A stretch of DNA of 63,632 bases. Origin: Selaginella moellendorffii (taxonomy: Eukaryota > Plantae > Lycopodiophyta). The notes below the pieces were generated by a model. The model ran no database searches. It was not told the origin of the DNA and saw only the letters and a list, made by a program, of their open reading frames with translations. The stretch spans positions 124,369-188,000 of the forward strand of contig NW_003314326.1 of NCBI RefSeq assembly GCF_000143415.4, read 5' to 3'. Position numbers and translations under genes: made by a program. Positions 1 through 12,227 of this stretch are shown here, piece by piece. The stretch's first letter is position 1; every line of letters begins with the position of its first letter.

Positions 1-1379
1 CCCCCTCAACCCCCCATTTGCTCTTTTCCAGTTGCAAGCATATTGAAATTGGACTCTATGGTTTTATAGAGAATAAATAAGTAAAACTTGGTTGACAAAA
101 TGTACCCATGCATTAGCAAGGTCACTCGACCACACTTAATCTTTGCCAACCTTGCTTCCATATCTAAAGAATAGCTAGAGAGCTCGTTTCTAATCAATCT
201 TTCCTTCGTTCCCTCTTTTCGTCAGTGTGTGTAGTGCGGCTTTCACCCTTTATCCTATGGTGATTAACCATAGGATAACCATGAACTGGAACTTAAACCC
301 TCTATATGCCACGTGTCACATACCATGTGCCATATAACACATGTCCAAAGAATAGTTTTAGGGTGTTAGACCACTGAATGAAGGAATGGAGCCAAACTCC
401 CAAACTTGCAACCAAGGAGTGAAGGAATCAAAGCATAGAGTGACTCTTAGCCCAAGAAGCAAAGGGATAGAAGCATGAAACAACTTGAAATAATCCTAAA
501 GCATCTAGTATCCTAATACTAAGACCAACATGCAAAATGGAGCCAAACGAAGTTTGATGCTATTTGGGCTTAAACCTAAACCGGATGTAGAACAAGTATA
601 GGCACACAAGTGAGAGCTGGATTATACCTCAAGTTAGTCAACTATACCTAATCTACCCACTATCCCTACTATACATTTGGAACCCCCTACTAAATAGGGA
701 TTGGGACTAATATAATCCACAAATTTTTCCTTTCCAATTTGCCAGCTTATCTCGTCTATCCAACCAATATTGCCTTGGCCTTAACTAAGTTTCCTTGCCA
801 AGGTTCCCACCTATTGTACTAACTCCTACTTGGTCCTACTTGGTTTCAGCTACTCACTACACGAGCAACGGAGCGTTTGGTCCATAGATTCCCAAATCTC
901 TCCTAATACTCCTCCCTGGGTTAGACTGGACTTAAGGTTCAGCTATACTCCCCGTAGGTACAAGTAGCCAAGCAGATTAAGCCTCCAGGTTCCTAACATC
1001 CCTTGGTACAACAAGACTTAATCATAGGAATCATATTTGCTTTAGGATGCCGGGGGCAAACACCATGGCTTAACGGCTTGGTATGGGTACCTCTACCCCC
1101 CCCACTTCCATCCTGAAGCAAAGGCCTAAGCCCCTAGGAAGGGCAATGACCAATGAGTCGCAAGGTATTCAAGTGGGCCACCACTCCACATGAGCCGAGA
1201 GCATTGCAATCAATTTCCCTTCCGAAAGTGGGAGTTTCTCTTGATCACTTCCTTGGGGCCCTTTTGATACCACCCGAGTCCATGTTCACTCCCACCCAAG
1301 GCCCCTCGACCCTTGTCTCAACCTCAAGTCAATTTGGAAGCACTACTGGAGAGTTCCTTCAAGACTAGTTCCTGGACCT

Positions 1380-1868
1380 CACTATCCCTACTATACTTTT
1401 GGAACTCCCTGTAGCCTCCCCCCCCCCCCCCTAGGAGACACATGCTTTGGGCTTTCACCCCTCGACTTGTATTAGTACTCAGACTCGGTCTCGGACTCGA
1501 TCTTAGACCCGACCTCGGACTCGATCTCAGACCCGACCTCGGACTCGGTCTCAAACTTGATCTCGGATTGGACCTCGGACCCAATCTCGGACTCGACCTC
1601 GGACTAGACCTCGGACCCAATCTCGGACTTGACCTCGGACTCAGTCTTGGACCCAATCTCGGATCTCAGACTCTGTCTAGAACTCGGTCTCCAACTCGGT
1701 CTCGGAGTCGGCCTCAAACTCGATCCCAGACTCTATCTCAAACTCGGTCTCAGAGTTGGTCTTGGACTCGATCTCAGACTCAGTCCCATCCGATGAACTC
1801 TTTATCATTTATGTCGTGCTTTCGAGGATCCTTTAGCCTATGACATCTCAGAGAGTTTGTTCCTTACA
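1380..1868 (-). mobile_element. 3' LTR of the chromovirus element (recognisable part; distal end not resolved)
   Basis: Minus strand starts TGTAAGGAAC at 1868, directly after a purine-rich tract. 1380-1868 aligns by eye with 4380-5045: poly-C, GGGCTTTCACCC, GACTCG array, GATGAACTCTTTATCATTT, GGATCCTTTAGCC, TTCCTTACA. Confidence 0.8.
1478..1790. repeat. Degenerate (GACTCG)n hexamer minisatellite inside the LTR
   Basis: Tandem GACTCG/GTCTCG/ATCTCG/ACCTCG variants. They explain the low-complexity ORFs 1324..1656 and 1442..1843. Confidence 0.9.
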
Positions 1869-1885
1869 ACTCCACCACCCATAAA
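1869..1885 (-). promoter_or_regulatory. Polypurine tract (PPT) of the LTR retrotransposon
   Basis: Minus strand TTTTATGGGTGGTGGAGT abuts the TG start of the 3' LTR. Confidence 0.65.
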
Positions 1886-2299
1886 AGAAGTTCAATACCC
1901 ACATCGAATGTCTCTTTTTAATCCTATGACTTGTTAACCATATCTTCAAGGGCATCCCCCCACTTAGCAGTGTGCCTAAGTTAGCCTCCTTGACCAAGAG
2001 CCCGTGACAATGGAATATAGGTGTCTCTATACCCCTCACCTCACCATGCCCTAGTATTGGGTTGGGACTTGAACTTAACCTTGCTTAACTAAGGGGTTGA
2101 GACTTGAACTCAACCTCAGTAGAATACATCTACGGATTTGACATCCCCGCAGGGAGTTGGGTGTTGTTCCCTATGCCTGGTTAACCTAGCTAACCCATGT
2201 TAATTAGCTAACCTTCGGCATGCCTTCGTGTCCCAACATATACCATTGCTCAACTTCACAAATTGATACTTTTAATTGAACTCTGCATAAGTATATAGA

Positions 2300-4380
2300 G
2301 TTCTCCCTTGCAGAAATTCCTCCACCAAATCTCACGCGTTCGCTAGGTTCTCCTTCGGTTCCCATGTTGTTTCACAGTGTGGAAATCGTTTTCACTTCAC
2401 ATGGAACTCTCTCACCTCGTGTCCTTGTCGCTTGCTCTTGCAGGCATTGAGGATGGCCTCGACTTCGTATTCCTCTTCCCCTTGGTAAAGGTCTCACTTG
2501 GTCCTTGCGAAGTGGATCCTTAAAGTACAGCTTGAGTAAGTTCACATAGAACATTGGGTGCATCTTCCCCATCTTTTGAAGAAGTCAAAGGCAGTAAGCC
2601 ACTTTACCGATTCGTGCTTCAATCTCGTAAGGCCCCACGAACCTGCTTAAGGAACTTAAGATTAGTTCATTTCCAGGAATACATGCATTCTTACCTTTGG
2701 GTCAACTTCCAGCTGATCCCACTTGGTAGCGTTAGGTTCTTGGTGTTCAGCCACACCTTCTCTCCAATTTGGAACTCTACATCCCGGCGCTTCTAGTTCA
2801 TATACTTGGTTTGACTTTGTTGAGCCCGTTCCAAGGAATCCCTCACTAGATTCCAAATATTGAGTCTTTCCGCTATCAATGCCTCCACCACAAGTAACTC
2901 TCCATGATACTCGGCCACGCCAAGTTCCACAAGACCTTCAATAGCTTGCTCATTGATGACTTCCCATGGACTCACCCTGATACTCGAATGTGGGGAGTTG
3001 TTATAGCACATTTCCACAAATCCCAAATGACTTACCCAATTGATTTGGTCTCCCGAGACATAGCATTGCAAATAATCCTCTAACTGCCTATTCACCCTTT
3101 CTATTTGTCCGTTTGTCAAAAAGTGTTAGTGCCATCGAACTTGATTTAATACCCAATACTTGTCTGTGGGTGATAGGCTATGCTGAATTTCAATTTGGTG
3201 CAATACTGTTCTAGGAGAGTTCTCCAGAACTTACTAGTGAAGATCTTATCTCGATCTGAGATAATCTCTTCTGGCCTTCCCTGCACTCGAACCACTTGTT
3301 CGAAAAACAGCTTCGCCACACCTTCTGCATCCACCTCCGTTGTGGTGGGTATGAAATGTGCCATCTTTGAAAATCAGTCCACCACCACAAATATCGCATC
3401 AAACCCCTCACTTAGGGGGAGTCCTATGATGAAGTCCATCATAAAACATTTCCACAGACGATTTGGAATTGGGATGCTTTGTAACAAGCCCCCACTAGCT
3501 TTAGTCACAGCTTTGACCTGCTAACATATTGAACATGTCTTTATATAGTCTTAAACGTCCTTAGCCATATCTAGTTAGTGATACTTCCTCTTGAGTAAGC
3601 CCATCGTCTTGGGCATTCCGCCGTGTTCCACAAGAGGTCCGTCATGACACTCTTCTAAGGCTACCTTCTTTAGTTCCCTTTCTAGAACATACACCCTCAT
3701 TTGTTTATAATAGATGAGTCCATTGCGTTCTGCATAACTTGTTTTTTCTTCCATTCTCTGCTCACCTCTCTGGTGAGCTACTCACGCCTCTTGGTTCCTG
3801 AGCAACACTTTTTGTGCTAGACCATCATTCTCATATGTTGTCCGCACATCATCCTAAAATGGTGCTGTTGTGCTAGATATTGCCAACTTCAAGCTTGCCT
3901 TTCGACTTAGAGCATCCGCCACGATGTTGCTCTTCCCAGGTTTATACAAAATTTCGCAATCAAACTTGGCCAAAGCATTGGCTCACCGACCCTGTTTCCC
4001 TCTCAGGTCGGGCTATGACCAGAAGTGTTTCATTGCCACATTATCCGTGTAAACTTTGAAGTGTCTTCCAAGTTAGTGTCACCACTCCTTAAGCGCCTTG
4101 ACCACCGCAAATAATTCCTTCTTGTGGGTATGCCACTTTTGCTGAGCCTTGTCTAGAAGAATGCCACTGGATGGTTATCTTGCTTAAAAACTGCGCCCAA
4201 CACAAAGTCCGAAGCATCTATTTCTACCTCAAAGTCCTTACCAAAGTTTGGTAACGCCAACACGGAAGTCTTCCTCAACTTCCCTTTGAGGTGAACAAAT
4301 GCTACCTCACATTCCACTGTCCATACCATCTTCTCTTTTCCCGTTTAGTTCGTTAAGGGCAGGGCTACTCTGGAGTAATG
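2300..4380 (-). pseudogene. Degenerate Ty3/gypsy (chromovirus) pol: RT-RNaseH linker, RNase H, integrase, chromodomain
   Basis: Motifs VLALPNFGKDFEVEIDASDF (RNase H), MAHFIPT..IISDRDKIFTSKFW..IAYHPQT and GQIERVNRQLEDYL (integrase core), and EEYEVEAILN..TWEPKENL (chromodomain, ~2310-2480). Many stops and frameshifts. Confidence 0.92.
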
Positions 4381-5045
4381 TACCCCCTACAGCCCCCCCT
4401 CCCCCCCCCCCCCCCCCCNNNNNNNNNNNNNNNNNNNNNNNNNNNNNNNNNNNNNNNNNNNNNNNNNNNNNNNNNNNNNNNNNNNNNNNNNNNNNNNNNN
4501 NNNNNNNNNNNNNNNNNNNNNNNNNNNNNNNNNNNNNNNNNNNNNNNNNNNNNNNNNNNNNNNNNNNNNNNNNNNNCCCCCCGGGAAACACACACTTTGG
4601 GCTTTCACCCTATTACCTGTATTAGTATTCGGACTCAGTCTCAGACTCAATCTCAGACTCGAGCTCGGACTCGACCTTGGACTCAGTCTCATCGGACTTA
4701 GTCTCGGACTCAATCTTGGACTCAATCTCGCACTCGACCTTGGACTCGGTCTCGGACTCGATCTTGGGCTTGACCTCGGACTCTGTCTTGAACTCGATCT
4801 CAGACTCAGTCTCGGACCCGATCTCGAATCTGAGACTTAGTCTCGAACTCAGTCTCGGACTCGGTCTCGAACTCGGTCTCAGAGTCGATCTCAGACTCGA
4901 TCTTGGACTCAATTTCAAACTCGGTGTTAAAGTTGGTCTCAGACTTGATCTTGGACTCGGTCTCATCTGATGAACTCTTTATCATTTTAGTCGCACTTTC
5001 AAGGATCCTTTAGCCTTCGACACCTCGGGGAGTTGGTTCCTTACA
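4380..5045 (-). mobile_element. Truncated 5' LTR of the chromovirus element, with GACTCG minisatellite at ~4625-4965
   Basis: Begins TGTAAGGAAC at 5045 on the minus strand and is homologous to 1380-1868. It joins pol directly at ~4380. Confidence 0.8.
4419..4576. other. Assembly gap (N run) within a poly-C tract
   Basis: Ns flanked on both sides by C runs. Confidence 0.99.
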
Positions 5046-6159
5046 ATATTTTTAGGAGATTTTGTGATAGATGATGTTAGTGTTTGAAGTAATCTATAAT
5101 ATTTATTCTCAAATGTTTCTATATTATTAGGTCCATACTTGTCACACACGGTGTTTTAGTCCACATACTTGATCCTAATGATATAAATGATCATATGGAC
5201 CAAAGTCAATTCCACTTATCTATTTATGTTGAATGCATAATACAACATTACATCCAACACGAGCCTATAGTGAAGGAGCATTCCACTATACCCATTTCTA
5301 CTTTTCTAGACATGGAAGTAAACGAAGACTAAATATGTTCTAATTTTAATATTAATTATGTTGTTTAATAGATTATTTTCTTTCTTTGTAGAATAAAAGA
5401 TTAGGTAGTGTCAAACCAATAATCTACATAAGCTTATAGAATATCTTAAACACCTAAATTTTAAGTTAAAAATTCTTAGTTCAGAACGAACTAAAGTAGT
5501 TTCATTAAACTTTTGCAGATTGTATTGACTTCCTTTTACTTTTGTTGACTTTCATTGACTTGAGCTCAACTCAAAAACTACCCAACCCCAAAGAGGAAGT
5601 AAACATCACTTACCCTTCTCATCTCGGTAAGAAGAATGATCTTATGCTACATAAGCCACTTTACAAGACATGCTGTTGTAGGGGCACATACTGCTTAAGA
5701 GCTTTGGGATTGTTCACAATGGACTCTAGAGCTTCAAGTAGCTCTCTTCAGTTAATCCCACAAACAAATTTTGTCCCATGAGCACAACAGCACTCTCTAG
5801 GCATCCTGTCTCCAAACTGTCTTTGGAGAGCATGAATTTGCATGCCTCTGATATGGCAGCCAGGACGGTGGGCTGCCAGAACAGAAATGCCTTGTAATTT
5901 CTGTACCTGAAACCAAAAAGTGACCCATGAAAGTCCGGTCTTCCAGACTTGAGGCTCTGAGAAAAGGAGCCACATTGATAAAGATGGCCATCCAAGCAGA
6001 CCTGGTGGAAGTGGGGGTTAATCTGGCTTGAGCACCGGCTCATAGTACCACTTGTTTAAAAAAATCAAGAATGTCAGCAAGGTGAGTGCCATGCTGTCTG
6101 GACAACTTGGAGGAGGAAGAACCCTATACTGGTACGGTGTTGGCACTCAACTATGGTGT

Positions 6160-6400
6160 TTGATCAATTGAGCAGCCAGTCACATCCATATCAGTGGCTG
6201 CTGTGATGATAACTTGAGAGCACCAGTGCACAAAGTTGCTGCATTGGCAGTGCACTCCTTGTTGGGAAATTTCAAGCAAATATTGGATATTTTGATTGGC
6301 TCCAAAACTGTAAGAAAGTAATAAAACACAAAATTTCAGGATTGTATCCCATCCAGCTCACTACAAGAATATGGCAACCATAAATTCTCTACCTTTCATT
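6160..6400 (+). repeat. Dispersed direct repeat, copy 1 (copy 2 at ~9635-9855)
   Basis: Shared TTGAGCAGCCAGTCAC..ATATCAGTGGCTGC..ATAACTTGAGAG..CCAGTGCACAAAG..CATTGGCAGTGCAC..GGCTCCAAAACTGTAA. Confidence 0.85.
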
Positions 6401-6780
6401 ATAGACCTCAACACTGAATCTCAGTAGTTTCCAATCAAAAGACCAAAATAAATAAATCCCAGCCTTTCTGCTACTCCTGGGAATAAGAAGGGAGACCTGC
6501 AATAGGAGAAACAGGCTGTAAAACAAACAAAAACCTCCAAAAGCTCATTCATGGGCTCAGAAATAAGAACAATTGCTTTTTCCAGAAGTTCAACATATTC
6601 TACTTTACCATGAATTACCTGGACAGTGTCATGAGTTTAAGGTTGATAAACCTGCAATCCTTACTATTATGCACTGAGATTACACATGTTTGCCAACAAT
6701 ATTCATGCATAATCTGCTGTGAATGAAGCCCTTACTATGTAGACATGCTTTGCACCAAGCCTCCAGCCAACTTTCTCCAT

Positions 6781-7800
6781 AAATGTAATCCAAAGCAACA
6801 GTCATTTCTATTTGCTTACCCAGGAGAGAGAGTAATCTCATTGTTTCATTGCCCTAAGAAGCATGTTTGTTTTAAAGTCTTTAAATATCAACCGTCAAAT
6901 TATAAGTATATTCACAAATAAAATTCTAAAAATGGAATAAATGATACCAGATGCTAAATGCCAAATTTGAAAAACAAAAATTGAAATACATCCACTAGCT
7001 ACTTTTCAATCAATATTGCAAAATGATATAACTACAATCAATCATAGGTTTGATAAAATCCAGCCAGTAAAAGAGCAAAACCTGCCAAACCTCAAGACAA
7101 CAAGTGTCTCACATATTGTCTCACATATCACAAGTGTCTCAAATATTGCCATTTATCTTACTTCCATTGTCCTTTCTTTTCTTTTATTTTTGTATATGAT
7201 CATAGTTTATAGATTTAAGATCACAGATTAGATCAATCTAGAAAAATATGTTTTTTTTATGACTTAATTTTCATAGAGTGACATGTTTCAGCCTAATGGA
7301 CATCACATTTTAAGTCTGTTTCCAGCCACATCAATGCCCAAGTCACAATGTTGGTGTAATAGCAAGCAAGAGATTAAACCATAACATGGCAAGATCAGTG
7401 ATAAATCATACTTGTGATAGCAGAAAGTATAATATTGGAATTTGTTTGGACAGAGCATGGACTCACTGTCCCTTTGCAATATGAATGTGTTTTACTGGAG
7501 TGGATGATGCAAATGCTATTACATCAACAGATTCTCCCAATAAGAAACTGCCATGTGGTGGATTCATAATCATTTTCTTCTTTGTTTTGGTGGAGTTTTT
7601 GTTCCAGAAAGTTAAAAATGGAGACTTGAACTTGTATAGAACATCCAACATATAAGATGGAATGCTCACATTTTTGCTTCTCTTGCATGTGTAATATGCC
7701 TTTCAATGATAGAAGTTGTTTTACTGGACCAACATAATTGCAACATTACTCTCTCTCCTGGGTAAGCATACAGAAAGGACTGTTGCTTTGGGCTACATTT
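6781..7800. repeat. Pair of ~60-bp inverted repeats (6781-6840 and 7741-7800)
   Basis: AAATGTAATCCAAAGCAACAGTC..TGCTTACCCAGGAGAGAGAGTAAT matches the reverse complement of 7741-7800. Confidence 0.8.
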
Positions 7801-9049
7801 GCAGATTACATTTTCATGATTGCTTTTTGTCTTACAAACCTCTATACCTTTCCTCAGGTCTTCTAACAGGCCTCAGCAACTAAACTTCTATCCTCTAATT
7901 TTGGCTTTTTGTGTATACTTCAAAGTACTAATACAAATACTATATAGCAAAAGTACAACTTGAAACACATTAACATATCATGTATAACTTAATGTATATG
8001 TGTATACTGTGTCATGGTCACGTTCTCCAGCGTGACTATGCACCTTTATTAGCATGAAGCTGTCAACAAAATAACTAAAGTTTGACTTCTTTTATTGGCT
8101 CTCAGAAAATTTAGATGGAATTACTAAGTTTGCTTGCTTTTGGCATCCAGATACAACGCTTGCACGATAGGAATAAAGCGGGTAGGTAAAGAACAAAAAA
8201 AAGTGTCCACACCTGGACATATTCCATAGCCAGGAAAAAGCTATTTTGATCCACTAAGATCAAGGTACAGTTCAGTATAGTACTTTTTTCTTTTATAATT
8301 ACAGAATTTTTTAAACTCTTACAGATTTGAAAACTTGTGGCCTCTGTTGTGGCAAGTAAGAAACTTTGCTGTTGGGGATCCAAGGCAGTCCACCTACAAA
8401 CACCACATAAAGTAATAATAGCACAAATAATAGCTATTCACCTGTAGCCAGCAACAAAGTAATGGACGACAATGGAGATTTGAAGCTTGGCAAGCTCGTT
8501 GGACCCATATCTCGTTACCCATTATACATTTAGCATTGACCATTGAGCACAATAGCTCCTGTCATAGACCAAAAGAAGAAGAATAAGAAGGGCAAGAACA
8601 TCGTGAAGAAGAAGAAAAAGCAAAAACTTAACAAACAGAACAAAGTGAAAGTTTGGAAATGGAATAGAAAACGCAGCCTACAGACATATGTCCTTTCAAG
8701 ACCTTTCTTTTGTACTTTAGGAGGCTGGATTTTCCTATTTCTTGTGCAGAGGTTGAACTTTGTCAAAAGTACGAGCGCAAGCTTCCCTGGATTTGGACCA
8801 TGTCAAAGGATTTCTTAAGCATGTAAACAGTCATCAGAACGACTTAACTTGGACAATAAGAGCCCTGTATCAGTGGCTTATTTCATCAAGGAACGACGCT
8901 CATCTTCAGATCATCGATCACTGCCAAGCAAATTCAAGGAGGAAGAAGAAATGCCAAGTGATAGTGGGAAGTTGGAGAGGGAACGTTTTGGTTTTGCTTC
9001 TGCTATCTCTAGCTTGGGTGTTTTGGCTCACGGTGAGAGTTGAGGACAC

Positions 9050-9360
9050 AAGTATGGCTATCCACAGATCCTGTTCTCAAGCCGAGAGGATCATCAGGAA
9101 CACCGATTGGGACAGAACGATACCAGCAGGAGTTCTTTGCTTGCACTTCCACGACTGTTTTGTCGACATGAGTGGCTTTACAAGATTTAAATTATGGTCT
9201 TCTAACTTTGCTGTTTTTCAGGGCTGTGATGGATCGATTCTTCTTGACTCAACTCCCACAGATGGAAGTAAAGTGTAAAAATTGTCCCTTCCAAGCTTCA
9301 TATCCGCTAGGAGCTTCGTCTGGAAGCAGCTTTTCTGGGCATTGTCTCCTGCTGACAAAC
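9050..9360 (+). pseudogene. Class III peroxidase pseudogene fragment
   Basis: SCSQAERII..LHFHDCFV / GCDGSILLD distal-His motif, split by an intron-like segment whose donor reads ATGAGT instead of GTGAGT. It is followed by a stop and degenerate remnants (GIVSC). Confidence 0.85.
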
Positions 9361-9634
9361 TGCCAGAGATTCAACCGTCATGGTAAGTTTAGCATCTTTT
9401 TTAGAAAAGCTGAATCAAGTTCTAAGACGGGGAGGAAAGTATTACCAAGTCCCAACTGGATGCTACAATGGAAGAGTTTCCATCCAGGAACGTGGCAACA
9501 CCTTACCATAATGGGGATGTGTCAGCTCTCATTAAAAAATTCATTTGTTAGTCCAAGACCTTGTTGTTCTCTCAGGTACAAATCGATTTCTCTTGCCATC
9601 CACTTTGTAAGTAGGCATTAACACTACTTCTGCA

Positions 9635-9855
9635 CTGATTGATTGAGCAGCCAGTCACGTTCATATCAGTGGCTGCAATAACTTGAGAGTGCCAGTGCAC
9701 AAAGCTGCTACATTGGCAGTGCACGCCTCGCTCTGAAATTTCTAGCAAATACTGAATATTTCGATCGGCTCCAAAACTGTAAATTGTAAAACATAAAATT
9801 TTAGAATTGTAGATCACTGTAAGAATACAGCACCCAAAAATTCTCTGCCTTTCAA
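9635..9855 (+). repeat. Dispersed direct repeat, copy 2
   Basis: Matches 6160-6400 with scattered substitutions and small indels. Confidence 0.85.
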
Positions 9856-11239
9856 TTTTTTAACCATAGAAATTCTACAACAGAATGACATGGCATTAGT
9901 GTAAAAAAAAAAGAAAAGTGATTAAAAATTCATTGTACCTGGCTTCGTATTTCAATATCCAAGATCTGCAAAGAACTGAAAAATCTTGCTCAATATATTT
10001 GGTCTCTTGAATCCTAGAATTTCCAAATGAATCTAGAATTCAAGAGGTGCCACCATTTTTGCCAACATGTAACAATCTTTCACCATGGCTTTTGAGCATC
10101 ACAAATCTAGTATATCCAATTTAGAGCATCCCTTAAATGAAATATGTGATGTTGATGCCAATATAGCAACTTTAAATAAAAAATATTGACTAGCAGAGAC
10201 CCCAGGTCCGCTAGGAAATATAGCATACCCAAGATAAATAGATTTTATTTTCTAATTTTACAATGTTAGAAATTTTTATTGTATACAATGTTAAATTTAC
10301 CTAAAATTTGCTACTATTCATCTTCAGAATAATGCACAATAATGCAATTAATACAATTAGATAACTATGCATATGCTACGGAAGATAAGATCATTTTCTT
10401 ATCATCATGAAATTTAACATTGTTTTTGTTTTTATTGCCTTTATAAAAACCCTAAAAAAATCACAAGATTAGTACCAAGCTTTAAAACCAATCAAGTTTT
10501 AACAAAATCAAAGAAATATAGACATACCAAAGAATAATAGGTTTTGTAACAGGTTTGGTGAAATTATAAATTTAATTGTGTACTGAGTTAACTTCTTTAT
10601 TATCTGAACTGTAATGATGCCTTTAACATTTATAGTTTACTAAAGAATAATAGAATTTCTGGAAATAGAGAATGGTTCTAGATATATAGAGAAATTATAA
10701 ATTGACAAAATATAAGAAATGTATAATAGTTCCCACAACACAATTTCTCTAAAAGAGTTTTGATTACACAATACTTTAAAAGCAATATTGAAACTATAGT
10801 TATATGGTTAGTGAGAACCACCAAAATTTTCATACTTTTTATATACATGAAAGAAAAATTGTCCTTTATTGGCTATTACTTGTGCCGAGGTTTTTTTAGT
10901 TTTGTATGTATAAAGGATCTAAATTAAGCTCCTAGTGCTTCCTTTTTAACTTTTTATTTTTATATTGAGAAGTTTTATTGTTATATAATAAATAAATAAT
11001 CTTCAAGGCTCCTTGTGCCAATGTAGAAATAGTACTTTGCAATGATAAATCATGGAAGATCAGGAAAGATAAAGTAAAATAACCAAGCTCTAATTTTACT
11101 ATCCATCTAGAGATATAAACATTATTTCAAGAAAATCTCATATAAGAGCACCTTTATAGATTTTCTTAAACTAATATTCTTTTTCATCTCCTTAAATTTG
11201 ATTTTAGAAACCACTAAAAAAATATAAAATTAGATCTAA

Positions 11240-11490
11240 TGTATTACTACATAAATAATATAATTATATTTAATATAAATAGTTTTTAAAATACAATTGT
11301 GAGTGTATAGAATATAGAAAAAAAACAAAGAAATATGCATATTAATTAGCCCAAAAACCTTAACTTATATACAAAAGTGAGTGGTTCATATTGAAACCAA
11401 TCCAACAATTACCAAAGTCCCATTAAACTAATATTAGTATACGGCATTGTAACCATACATTTGGACTTCACATCATCCCCTCCTCTCAAA
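11240..11490 (-). mobile_element. Short 3' LTR (11240-11472) plus PPT of an older gypsy element
   Basis: Minus strand TTTTGAGAGGAGGGGATGA (PPT) is followed by TGTGAAGTCCAAATGTATGG..TAATACA. Homologous in inverted orientation to 15564-16022. Confidence 0.7.
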
Positions 11491-12227
11491 ATAATAGAAA
11501 ACTATCAAGGTTCTTTTATAGATGGGCTAGAATCTAGAGGAACATCAAAAAGAGGCATTGGTGGATATGTAGGTGGTACTAGTCATTCATAATCCCTTTG
11601 TATGAAGCATTTCAACTACTACACATGAACAAGTTTTGGAGGATCGACCTGCTAAACATCATGCCAAACCTCATAAACTTGAGGTCCAACTTACCGTAAC
11701 ATCTGATATGGTCCTTTCCACTAAACAAAGAACCCCTTAAATAAACCATATACCATAAGATTGGAAAAATAAACTAATACTAAGTCATCCACTTTGTACT
11801 CTATAGGTGGATGATGATGGGAGTTATAGCACCATTGTTGTCCCATTTATATGTAGCCCAAATGTCCAACAAACTCTGCTTAAACAAGAGGAAGAATGCT
11901 TATCAAATACTGAATCCACAATCTAGCATCAGTAACTTGTAAGAATCGCAAAGGTAAACCTAACTTCATTGGTAGTATTGGATTATGACCATATAGGAGT
12001 TTATTTGGTAAAACATCAATAAAACTCTGCACCCCTGTGACATATACATATTGAAGATCATTGCTAGCAATCAATTATGGAAAATGCCCCAACAGGTCAA
12101 ACACCACAAACTCAAATGCACGGGAAACTATAATTAACTCCAACCATCCTTCCACAAGATGACGGGGAGCATTACAAACTTGGCACCAAATGTAGCTATA
12201 CACATATCAGATAACATCATATTGTAT

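Noticed and set aside
1033-1045. ATATT+TG as a possible TSD and distal end of the 3' LTR, matching the flank at 5046-5050
   Set aside because: The following bases (TGCTTT) do not mirror the TGTAAG terminus, so a chance match is likely. The LTR end is left unresolved.
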